From Balanoglossus misakiensis (taxonomy: Eukaryota > Animalia > Hemichordata), in NCBI GenBank assembly GCA_040954595.2, contig CM082577.2:17313400-17377399 (forward strand): a stretch of 64,000 nucleotides of DNA, read 5' to 3'. Each line of letters opens with the position of its first letter. The first letter of the stretch is position 1. Positions 53,171 to 64,000 of this stretch are shown here, one piece after another. Under the pieces are notes generated by a model. That model was not told where the DNA came from. It ran no database searches and worked only from the letters and a program-made list of their open reading frames with translations. A program made the translations under genes and the position numbers.

Positions 53171-53684
53171 GCCGTAGGAAATCTGACTTGATCAACGTGG
53201 TCAATGTACGCCTGTTTCTGCTCTAGAGTGCCGGGGCTTCAGCTGAGCCAGGCCGTAGGAAACCCGACGTGATTACCGTTGTTAACTTACGCCAGTCTGT
53301 GTCCTATAGTGCCGGGGCATCAGCCGTGCCAGGCCGAAGGAAATGTGAGTTGATCAACGTGGTCTCTGTACGCGTGTTTCTGCTCTAGAGTGCCTGGGCT
53401 TTAGCCAAGCTATGCCGTAGGAAATCTGACTTGATCAACGTGGTCAATGTACGCCTGTTTCTGCTCTAGAGTGCCGGGGCTCCAGCTGAGCCAGGCCGTA
53501 GGAAACCCGACGTGATTACCGTTGTTAACTTACGCCAGTCTGTGTCCTATAGTGCCGGGGCATCAGCCGTGCCAGGCCGAAGGAAATGTGAGTTGATCAA
53601 CGTGGTCTCTGTACGCGTGTTTCTGCTCTAGAGTGCCTGGGCTTTAGCCAAGCTATGCCGTAGGAAATCTGACTTGATCAACGT
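53171..53684. repeat. 243-bp (3 x 81) tandem duplication in the subrepeat block of unit 26
   Basis: GCCGTAGGAAATCTGACTTGATCAACGT occurs at 53171, 53414 and 53657. Unit spacing is 2281 instead of ~2040. Confidence 0.93.
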
Positions 53685-56600
53685 TGCTACCGAACGCTAG
53701 TGTCTGTCATAGTGTGCCGGGGTTTTAGTCGAGCCAAGCCGTAGGAGATCAGACTTGATCAACATGGTCTCTGTACGCGTGTTTCTGCTCTAGAGTGCCG
53801 GGGCTTTATCCAAGCCATGCCGTAGAAAATCTGACTTGATCACCGTTGCTAACGTACGCTAGTGTCTGTCATATTGTGACGGAGATTTAGCCGAGCCAGG
53901 CCGTAGAAAAATCGACTTGTTCAACGTTACCAGTGTGCAACTGTTTCTGCTCTAGAGTGTCAGGGTTTTAGCCGACTTATTCTGTAGGAAATCTGAGTTG
54001 ATGAACGGGAATCCAATGTTAGAAAACCCGTGTGGAAAGTATCTCTACCCGTTTGAAACTAAGAAAAGAATTTATTCTTATTTATTTTGTAAAAAAGACA
54101 ATTTTTCGAAAAAAAGTCGAAAATGGTAATTTTGTCTTGGGTGATTCAAATTATACCGCCTTTTCTGGAATTTGCAGCACTTTTTACAAGAGAACGACAC
54201 TCCATGCTCCATAATATTTCTGAAAATGAAGAAAAGAGTTAATTTTTTATGATTTTTTAAAAATTTACCATTTTTGTTAAAATATGGCCAAAATGGCTAT
54301 TTTTTCTTGAATTCCGTCAATATCTCTGCATTTTTTGAGTGGTCGAAAGTTTTAACATACAATCAACATGTCATATATGATCAGGGCACCAAATTCGAAG
54401 AACAAAGGTTTTTTTATTATTTTTTCTAAAAATTACATTTTCAAGGAAAATTTGGTAAAATGCAATTTTGTCTGCAGTGAGCCAAATTAGACGGTCTTTT
54501 GTGGAATTTGTATCGATATATACATACGAAGAGCATTCTATACTCCATCAGATTTCCGAAAATGTAGAAAACAGTTATTTTTTGTAATTTTCAAAAATTT
54601 ACCATTTTGACCAAATTGTGGCTAAAATTGTTATTTTCGTGTTGAATGCCGCCAGTGTCACTGCTTTTAAAAGTCATAAAACCTTTGAACATACAAGCAA
54701 TTGTTTATATATGTTCAGGTCACCGAATGAAAAAAAATAAAGAATGTTTTGCCTAAAAATGACCTTTTTGGTGCAAAAACGCAATTTTGTATTAAATCTG
54801 CTCATTCAGAGTGCATTTTTTATAATCAGCACCATTTTTACATATAATGGAAATTTCATACATCATCAGATATCCAAATATGAAAAAATGATTTAGATTT
54901 TAGATGATTGTCCAAAATTAGCTGATATCTAATAAATGTAGTATTGAACCGTTCTGTCCCCCCCCCCCTACATTATATGCCGTACGCCGATGTAAGCTAA
55001 CCCGGCAGTACTGCAGGCCGTGCCCCCAACTAACGTCGGTGTTTGAAACGCCCTGGTTAAATTCGGGCTTTCTCTATAAATTGACAGGCAATAATGCAGT
55101 CCTACCCGAACAAATGTCGAGTGTTGACCCGCTGTGACTTTCCCTCTTCGGTTTGCCCGACTTAGCCAACGTCTTTGTACTAGAGTGTCGGGTCTTTTGC
55201 AGAGCCAGGCCGAAGGAAATCCGACTTGATCACCTTTGCTAACGAACGCTAGTGTCTGTCATGGTGTGCCGGGGTTATAGTCGAGCCAGGCCGTAGGAGA
55301 TCTGACTTGATCATCGTGGTCAATGTACGCGTGTTTTCCGCTCTAAAGTGCCGGGGCTTCAGCTAAACCAGGCCGTAGGAAATCCGACGTAATCACCGTT
55401 GATAACTTACGCCAGTCTGTGTCATATAGAGCCGGTGCACCAGCCGAGTCACGCCGTAGGAAATCTGACTTGATCAACGTGGTCAATGTACGCCTGTTTC
55501 TGCTCTAGAGTGCCGGGGCTTCAGCTGAGCCAGGCCGTAGGAAACCCGACGTGATTACCGTTGTTAACTTACGCCAGTCTGTGTCCTATAGTGCCGGGGC
55601 ATCAGCCGTGCCAGGCCGAAGGAAATGTGAGTTGATCAACGTGGTCTCTGTACGCGTGTTTCTGCTCTAGAGTGCCTGGGCTTTAGCCAAGCTATGCCGT
55701 AGGAAATCTGACTTGATCAACGTTGCTACCGAACGCTAGTGTCTGTCATAGTGTGCCGGGGTTTTAGTCGAGCCAAGCCGTAGGAGATCAGACTTGATCA
55801 ACATGGTCTCTGTACGCGTGTTTCTGCTCTAGAGTGCCGGGGCTTTATCCAAGCCATGCCGTAGAAAATCTGACTTGATCACCGTTGCTAACGTACGCTA
55901 GTGTCTGTCATAATGTGACGGAGATTTAGCCGAGCCAGGCCGTAGAAAAATCGACTTGTTCAACGTTACCAGTGTGCAACTGTTTCTGCTCTAGAGTGTC
56001 AGGGTTTAAGCCGACTTATGCTGTAGGAAATCTGAGTTGATGAACGGGAATTTAATGTTAGAAAACACGTGTGGAAAGTATCTCTACCCGTTTGAAACTA
56101 AGAAAAGAATTTATTCTTATTTATTTTCTAAAAAAGACAATTTTTCGAAAAAAAAAGTCGAAAATGGTAATTTTGTCTTGGGTGATTCAAATTATCTCGC
56201 CTTTTCTGGAATTTGCAGCACTTCTAACAAGAGAACGACACTTCATGCTCCATAATATTTTCTGAAAATGAAGAAAAGAGTTAATTTTTATGATTTTTTA
56301 AAAATTTACAATTTTTGTCAAAATATGGCCAAAATGGCTATTTTTTCTTGAATTCCGTCAATATCTCTGCATTTTTTGAGTGGTCGAAAGTTTTAACATA
56401 CAATCAACATGTCATATATGATCATGGCACCAAATTCGAAGAACAAAGGTTTTTTTATTATTTTTTCTAAAAATGTCATTTTCAAGGAAAATTTGGTAAA
56501 ATGCAATTTTGTCTGCAGTGAGCCAAATTAGACGGTCTTTTGTGGAATTTGTATCGATATATACATACGAAGAGCATTCTATACTCCATAAGATTTCCGA

Positions 56601-59600
56601 AAATGTAGTAAACAGTTATTTTTTGTAATTTTCAAAAATTTACCATTTTGACCAAATTGTGGCTAAAATTGTTATTTTCGTGTTGAATGCCGCCAGTGTC
56701 ACTGCTTTTAAAAGTCATAAAAACTTTGAACATACAAGCAATTGTTTATATATGATCAGGTCACCGAATTAAAAAAATAAAGAATGTTTTGCCTAAAAAT
56801 GACCTTTTTGGTGCAAAAACGCAATTCTGTATTAAATCAGCTCATTCAGAGTGCATTTTTTATAATCAGCACCATTTTTACATATAATGGAAATTTCACA
56901 CATCATCAGATATCCAAATATGAAAAAATGATTTAGATTTTAGATGATTGTCCAAAATTAGCTGATATCTAATAAATGAAGTATTGAACCGTTCTGTTCC
57001 CCCCCCCCCCCTACATTATATGCCGTACGCCGATGTAAGCTAACCCGGCAGTACTGCAGGCCGTGCCCCCAACTAACGTCGGTGTTTGAAACGCCCTGGT
57101 TAAATTCGGGCTTTCTCTATAAATTGACAGGCAATAATGCAGTCCTACCCGAACAAATGTCGAGTGTTGACCCGCTGTGACTTTCCCTCTTCGGTTTGCC
57201 CGACTTAGCCAACGTCTTTGTACTAGAGTTTCGGGTCTTTTGCAGAGCCAGGCCGAAGGAAATCCGACTTGATCACCGTTGCTAACGAACGCTAGTGTCT
57301 GTCATGGTGTGCCGGGGTTTTAGTCGAGCCAGGCCGTAGGAGATCTGACGTGATCATCTTGGTCAATGTACGCGTGTTTCCGCTCTAAAGTGCCGGGGCT
57401 TCAGCTAAACCAGGCCGTAGGAAATCCGACGTAATCACCGTTGATAACTTACGCCAGTCTGTGTCATATAGAGCCGGTGCACCAGCCGAGTCACGCCGTA
57501 GGAAATCTGACTTGATCAACGTGGTCAATGTACGCCTGTTTCTGCTCTAGAGTGCCGGGGCTTCAGCTGAGCCAGGCCGTAGGAAACCCGACGTGATTAC
57601 CGTTGTTAACTTACGCCAGTCTGTGTCCTATAGTGCCGGGGCATCAGCCGTGCCAGGCCGAAGGAAATGTGAGTTGATCAACGTGGTCTCTGTACGCGTG
57701 TTTCTGCTCTAGAGTGCCTGGGCTTTAGCCAAGCTATGCCGTAGGAAATCTGACTTGATCAACGTTGCTACCGAACGCTAGTGTCTGTCATAGTGTGCCG
57801 GGGTTTTAGTCGAGCCAAGCCGTAGGAGATCAGACTTGATCAACATGGTCTCTGTACGCGTGTTTCTGCTCTAGAGTGCCGGGGCTTTATCCAAGCCATG
57901 CCGTAGAAAATCTGACTTGATCACCGTTGCTAACGTACGCTAGTGTCTGTCATATTGTGACGGAGATTTAGCCGAGCCAGGCCATAGAAAAATCGACTTG
58001 TTCAACGTTACCAGTGTGCAACTGTTTCTGCTCTAGAGTGTCAGGGTTTAAGCCGACTTATGCTGTAGGAAATCTGAGTTGATGAACGGGAATTCAATGT
58101 TAGAAAACCCGTGTGGAAAGTATCTCTACCCGTTTGAAACTAAGAAAAGAATTTATTCTTATTTATTTTGTAAAAAAGACAATTTTTCGAAAAAAAGTCG
58201 AAAATGGTAATTTTGTCTTGGGTGATTCAAATTATCTCGCCTTTTCTGGAATTTGCAGCACTTTTTACAAGAGAACGACACTTCATGCTCCATAATATTT
58301 CTGAAAATGAAGAAAAGAGTTAATTTTTTATGATTTTTTAAAAATTTACCATTTTTGTCAAATATGGCCAAAATTGCTATTTTTTCTTGAATTCCGTCAA
58401 TATCTCTGCATATTTTGAGTGGTCGAAAGTTTTAACATACAATCAACATGTCATATATGATCAGGGCACCAAATTCGAAGAACAAAGGTTTTTTTATTAT
58501 TTTTTCTAAAAATGACATTTTCAAGGAAAATTTGGTAAAACGCAATTTTGTCTGCAGTGAGCCAAATAAGACGGTCTTTTGTGGAATTTGTATCGATATA
58601 TACATACGAAGAGAATTCTATACTCCATCAGATTTCCGAAAATGTAGAAAACAGTTATTTTTTGTAATTTTCAAAAATTTACCATTTTGACCAAATTGTG
58701 GCTAAAATTGTTATTTTCGTGTTGAATGCCGCCAGTGTCACTGCTTTTAAAAGTCATAAAAACTTTGAACATAAAAGCAATTGTTTATATATGATCAGGT
58801 CACCGAATTAAAAAAATAAAGAATGTTTTGCCTAAAAATGACCTTTTTGGTGCAAAAACGCAATTTTGTATTAAATCAGCTCATTCAGAGTGCATTTTTT
58901 ATAATCAGCACCATTTTTACATATAATAGAAATTTCATACATCATCAGATATCCAAATATGAAAAAATGATTTAGATTTTAGATGATTGTCCAAAATTAG
59001 CTGATATCTAATAAATGTAGTATTGAACCGTTCTGTTCCCCCCCCCCCCCCTACATTATATGCCGTACGCCGATGTCAGCTAACCCGGCAGTACTGCAGG
59101 CCGTGCCCCCAACTAACGTCGGTGTTTGAAACGCCCTGGTTAAATTCGGGCTTTCTCTATAAATTGACAGGCAATAATGCAGTCCTACCCGAACAAATGT
59201 CGAGTGTTGACCCGCTGTGACTTTCCCTCTTCGGTTTGCCCGACTTAGCCAACGTCTTTGTACTAGAGTGTCGGGTCTTTTGCAGAGCCAGGCCGAAGGA
59301 AATCCGACTTGATCACCGTTGCTAACGAACGCTAGTGTCTGTCATGGTGTGCCGGGGTTTTAGTCGAGCCAGGCCGTAGGAGATCTGACTTGATCATCGT
59401 GGTCAATGTACGCGTGTTTCCGCTCTAAAGTGCCGGGGCTTCAGCTAAACCAGGCCGTAGGAAATCCGACGTAATCACCGTTGATAACTTACGCCAGTCT
59501 GTGTCATATAGAGCCGGTGCACCAGCCGAGTCACGCCGTAGGAAATCTGACTTGATCAACGTGGTCAATGTACGCCTGTTTCTGCTCTAGAGTGCCGGGG

Positions 59601-62600
59601 CTTCAGCTGAGCCAGGCCGTAGGAAACCCGACGTGATTACCGTTGTTAACTTACGCCAGTCTGTGTCCTATAGTGCCGGGGCATCAGCCGTGCCAGTCCG
59701 AAGGAAATGTGAGTTGATCAACGTGGTCTCTGTACGCGTGTTTCTGCTCTAGAGTGCCTGGGCTTTAGCCAAGCTATGCCGTAGGAAATCTGACTTGATC
59801 AACGTTTCTACCGAACGCTAGTGTCTGTCATAGTGTGCCGGGGTTTTAGTCGAGCCAAGCCGTAGGAGATCAGACTTGATCAACATGGTCTCTGTACGCG
59901 TGTTTCTGCTCTAGAGTGCCGGGGCTTTATCCAAGCCATGCTGTAGAAAATCTGACTTGATCACCGTTGCTAACGTACGCTAGTGTCTGTCATATTGTGA
60001 CGGAGATTTAGCCGAGCCAGGCCGTAGAAAAATCGACTTGCTCAACGTTACCAGTGTGCAACTGTTTCTGCTCTAGAGTGTCAGGGTTTAAGCCGACTTA
60101 TGCTGTAGGAAATCTGAGTTGATGAACGGGAATTCAATGTTAGAAAACCCGTGTGGAAAGTATCTCTACCCATTTGAAACTAAGAAAAGAATTTATTCTT
60201 ATTTATTTTGTAAAAAAAGACAATTTTTCGAAAAAAAGTCGAAAATGGTAATTTTGTCTTGGGTGATTCAAATTATACCGCCTTTTCTGGAATTTGCAGC
60301 ACTTTTTACAAGAGAACGACACTTCATGCTCCATAATATTTCTGAAAATGAAGAAAAGAGTTAATTTTTTTATGATTTTTTAAAAATTTACCATTTTTGT
60401 CAAAATATGGCTAAAATGGCTATTTTTTCTTGAATTCCGTCAATATCTCTGCATTTTTTGAGTGGTCGAAAGTTTTAACATACAATCAACATGTCATGTA
60501 TGATCAGGGCACCAAATTCGAAGAACAAAGGTTTTTTTATTATTTTTTTCTAAAAATGACATTTTTAAGGAAATTTGATAAAACGCAGTTTTGTCTGCAG
60601 TGAGCCAAATTAGACGGTCTTTTGTGGAATTTGTATCGATATATACATACGAAGAGCATTCTATACTCCATCAGATTTCCGAAAATGTAGAAAACAGTTA
60701 TTTTTTGTAATTTTCAAAAATTTACCATTTTGACCAAATTGTGGCTAAAAATGTTATTTTCGTGTTGAATGCCGCCAGGGTCACTGCCTTTAAAAGTCAT
60801 AAAAACTTTGAACATACAAGCAATTGTTTATATATGATCAGGTCACCGAATTAAAAAAATAAAGAATGTTTTGCCTAAAAATGACCTTTTTGGTGCAAAA
60901 ACGCAATTTTGTATTAAATCAGCTCATTCAGAGTGCATTTTTTATAAACAGCACCATTTTTACATATAATGGAAATTTCATACATCATCAGATATCCAAA
61001 TATGAAAAAATGATTTATATTTTAGATGATTGTTCAAAATTAGCTGATATCTAATAAATGTAGTATTGAACCATTCTGTTCCCCCCCCCCCCCTACATTA
61101 TATGCCGTACGCCGATGTCAGCTAACCCGGCAGTACTGCAGGCCGTGCCCCCAACTAACGTTGGTGTTTGAAACGCCCTGGTTAAATTCGGGCTTTCTCT
61201 ATAAATTGACAGGCAATAATGCAGTCCTACCCGAACAAATGTCGAGTGTTGACCCGCTGTGACTTTCCCTCTTCGGTTTGCCCGACTTAGCCAACGTCTT
61301 TGTACTAGAGTGTCGGGTCTTTTGCAGAGCCAGGCCGAAGGAAATCCGACTTGATCACCGTTGCTAACGAACGCTAGTGTCTGTCATGGTGTGCCGGGGT
61401 TTTAGTCGAGCCAGGCCGTAGGAGATCTGACTTGATCATCGTGGTCAATGTACGCGTGTTTCCGCTCTAAAGTGCCGGGGCTTCAGCTAAACCAGGCCGT
61501 AGGAAATCCGACGTAATCACCGTTGATAACTTACGCCAGTCTGTGTCATATAGAGCCGGTGCACCAGCCGAGTCACGCCGTAGGAAATCTGACTTGATCA
61601 ACGTGGTCAATGTACGCCTGTTTCTGCTCTAGAGTGCCGGGGCTTCAGCTGAGCCAGGCCGTAGGAAACCCGACGTGATTACCGTTGTTAACTTACGCCA
61701 GTCTGTGTCCTATAGTGCCGGGGCATCAGCCGTGCCAGTCCGAAGGAAATGTGAGTTGATCAACGTGGTCTCTGTACGCGTGTTTCTGCTCTAGAGTGCC
61801 TGGGCTTTAGCCAAGCTATGCCGTAGGAAATCTGACTTGATCAACGTTGCTACCGAACGCTAGTGTCTGTCATAGTGTGCCGGGGTTTTAGTCGAGCCAA
61901 GCCGTAGGAGATCAGACTTGATCAACATGGTCTCTGTACGCGTGTTTCTGCTCTAGAGTGCCGGGGCTTTATCCAAGCCATGCTGTAGAAAATCTGACTT
62001 GATCACCGTTGCTAACGTACGCTAGTGTCTGTCATATTGTGACGGAGATTTAGCCGAGCCAGGCCGTAGAAAAATCGACTTGCTCAACGTTACCAGTGTG
62101 CAACTGTTTCTGCTCTAGAGTGTCAGGGTTTAAGCCGACTTATGCTGTAGGAAATCTGAGTTGATGAACGGGAATTCAATGTTAGAAAACCCGTGTGGAA
62201 AGTATCTCTACCCATTTGAAACTAAGAAAAGAATTTATTCTTATTTATTTTGTAAAAAAAGACAATTTTTCGAAAAAAAGTCGAAAATGGTAATTTTGTC
62301 TTGGGTGATTCAAATTATACCGCCTTTTCTGGAATTTGCAGCACTTTTTACAAGAGAACGACACTTCATGCTCCATAATATTTCTGAAAATGAAGAAAAG
62401 AGTTAATTTTTTTATGATTTTTTAAAAATTTACCATTTTTGTCAAAATATGGCCAAAATGGCTATTTTTTCTTGAATTCCGTCAATATCTCTGCATTTTT
62501 TGAGTGGTCGAAAGTTTTAACATACAATCAACATGTCATGTATGATCAGGGCACCAAATTCGAAGAACAAAGGTTTTTTTATTATTTTTTTCTAAAAATG

Positions 62601-64000
62601 ACATTTTTAAGGAAAATTTGATAAAACGCAATTTTGTCTGCAGTGAGCCAAATTAGACGGTCTTTTGTGGAATTTGTATCGATATATACATACGAAGAGC
62701 ATTCTATACTCCATCAGATTTCCGAAAATGTAGAAAACAGTTATTTTTTGTAATTTTCAAAAATTTACCATTTTGACCAAATTGTGGCTAAAAATGTTAT
62801 TTTCGTGTTGAATGCCGCCAGGGTCACTGCCTTTAAAAGTCATAAAAACTTTGAACATACAAGCAATTGTTTATATATGATCAGGTCACCGAATTAAAAA
62901 AATAAAGAATGTTTTGCCTAAAAATGACCTTTTTGGTGCAAAAACGAATAAAACGCAATTTTGTATTAAATCAGCTCATTCAGAGTGCATTTTTTATAAT
63001 CAGCACCATTTTTACATATAATGGAAATTTCATACATCATCAGATATCCAAATATGAAAAAATGATTTAGATTTTAGATGATTGTCCAAAATTAGCTGAT
63101 ATGTAATAAATGTAGTATTAAACCGTTCTGTTTCCCCCCCCCCCCTACATTATATGCGGTACGCCGATGTCAGCTTACCCGGCAGTACTGCAGGCCGTGG
63201 CCCCAACTAACGTCGGTGTTTGAAACGCCCTGGTTAAATTCGGGCTTTCTCTATAAATTGACAGGCAATAATGCAGTCCTACCCGAACAAATGTCGAGTG
63301 TTGACCCGCTGTGACTTTCCCTCTTCGGTTTGCCCGACTTAGCCAACGTCTTTGTACTAGAGTGTCGGGTCTTTTGCAGAGCCAGGCCGAAGGAAATCCG
63401 ACTTGATCACCGTTGCTAACGAACGCTAGTGTCTGTCATGGTGTGCCGGGGTTTTAGTCGAGCCAGGCCGTAGGAGATCTGACTTGATCATCGTGGTCAA
63501 TGTACGCGTGTTTCCGCTCTAAAGTGCCGGGGCTTCAGCTAAACCAGGCCGTAGGAAATCCGACGTAATCACCGTTGATAACTTACGCCAGTCTGTGTCA
63601 TATAGAGCCGGTGCACCAGCCGAGTCACGCCGTAGGAAATCTGACTTGATCAACGTGGTCAATGTACGCCTGTTTCTGCTCTAGAGTGCCGGGGCTTCAG
63701 CTGAGCCAGGCCGTAGGAAACCCGACGTGATTACCGTTGTTAACTTATGCCAGTCTGTGTCCTATAGTGCCGGGGCATCAGCCGTGCCAGGCCGAAGGAA
63801 ATGTGAGTTGATCAACGTGGTCTCTGTACGCGTGTTTCTGCTCTAGAGTGCCTGGGCTTCAGCCAAGCTATGCCGTAGGAAATCTGACTTGACCAACGTT
63901 GCTACCGAACGCTTGTGTCTGTCATAGTGTGCCGGGGTTTTAGTCGAGCCAAGCCGTAGATGATCAGACTTGATCAACATGGTCTCTGCACGCGTGTTTC

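Larger units (their letters stand above)
1..64000. repeat. Macrosatellite: tandem array of 31 composite ~2.04-kb units, truncated at both window ends
   Basis: The landmark GT(T)-Cn-TACATTATATGC recurs 31 times with a modal spacing of ~2040 bp (e.g. 12012, 14050, 16089, 18129, 20164, 22202). The sequence between landmarks is near-identical apart from scattered SNPs and indels, and the same short ORFs recur at this period. Confidence 0.99.

Noticed and set aside
603-62621. Recurring 60-81 aa ORFs in the supplied track (MESIST.., MNRSVPPP.., MFCLK.., MAIFDK..)
   Set aside because: Their presence and frame depend on homopolymer lengths that vary between units, several start at TTG/GTG, their F/K-rich composition mirrors A/T tracts, and none has a recognisable domain.
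1-64000. Whole array as a sequencing or assembly concatemer artefact, or a mitochondrial control-region repeat
   Set aside because: Units carry structured shared haplotypes, exact-monomer indels and one transposon insertion, as expected for an evolving nuclear array. No mitochondrial gene or tRNA is present. The exact unit order could still be mis-assembled.

Overview
The window is almost entirely non-coding eukaryotic satellite DNA: a head-to-tail array of 31 near-identical ~2.04-kb units (poly-C landmarks at ~818, 2705, 4748, 6635, 8677, 12012, then about every 2.04 kb to ~63134) that runs off both ends. Each unit has three parts: (i) a ~0.9-kb AT-rich block of diverged ~167/333-bp subrepeats; (ii) a ~0.2-kb non-repetitive core with a C9-14 tract, stem-loops and TATAAA; and (iii) a more GC-rich block of ten diverged but exactly 81-bp monomers alternating as A/B dimers (162 bp). 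Units differ by exact-monomer deletions or duplications (-162, -81, +243 bp), small indels and shared SNP haplotypes that define local dimeric higher-order repeats. One ~1.45-kb insertion (~9672-11121) has the full architecture of a non-autonomous Helentron (HINE/DINE-1-like) element, which suggests an animal nuclear genome, possibly a marine invertebrate (inference). I found no credible protein-coding gene, rRNA, tRNA or CRISPR array. The supplied ORFs are the same chance ORFs recurring in each unit. The functional ideas below are hypotheses only.
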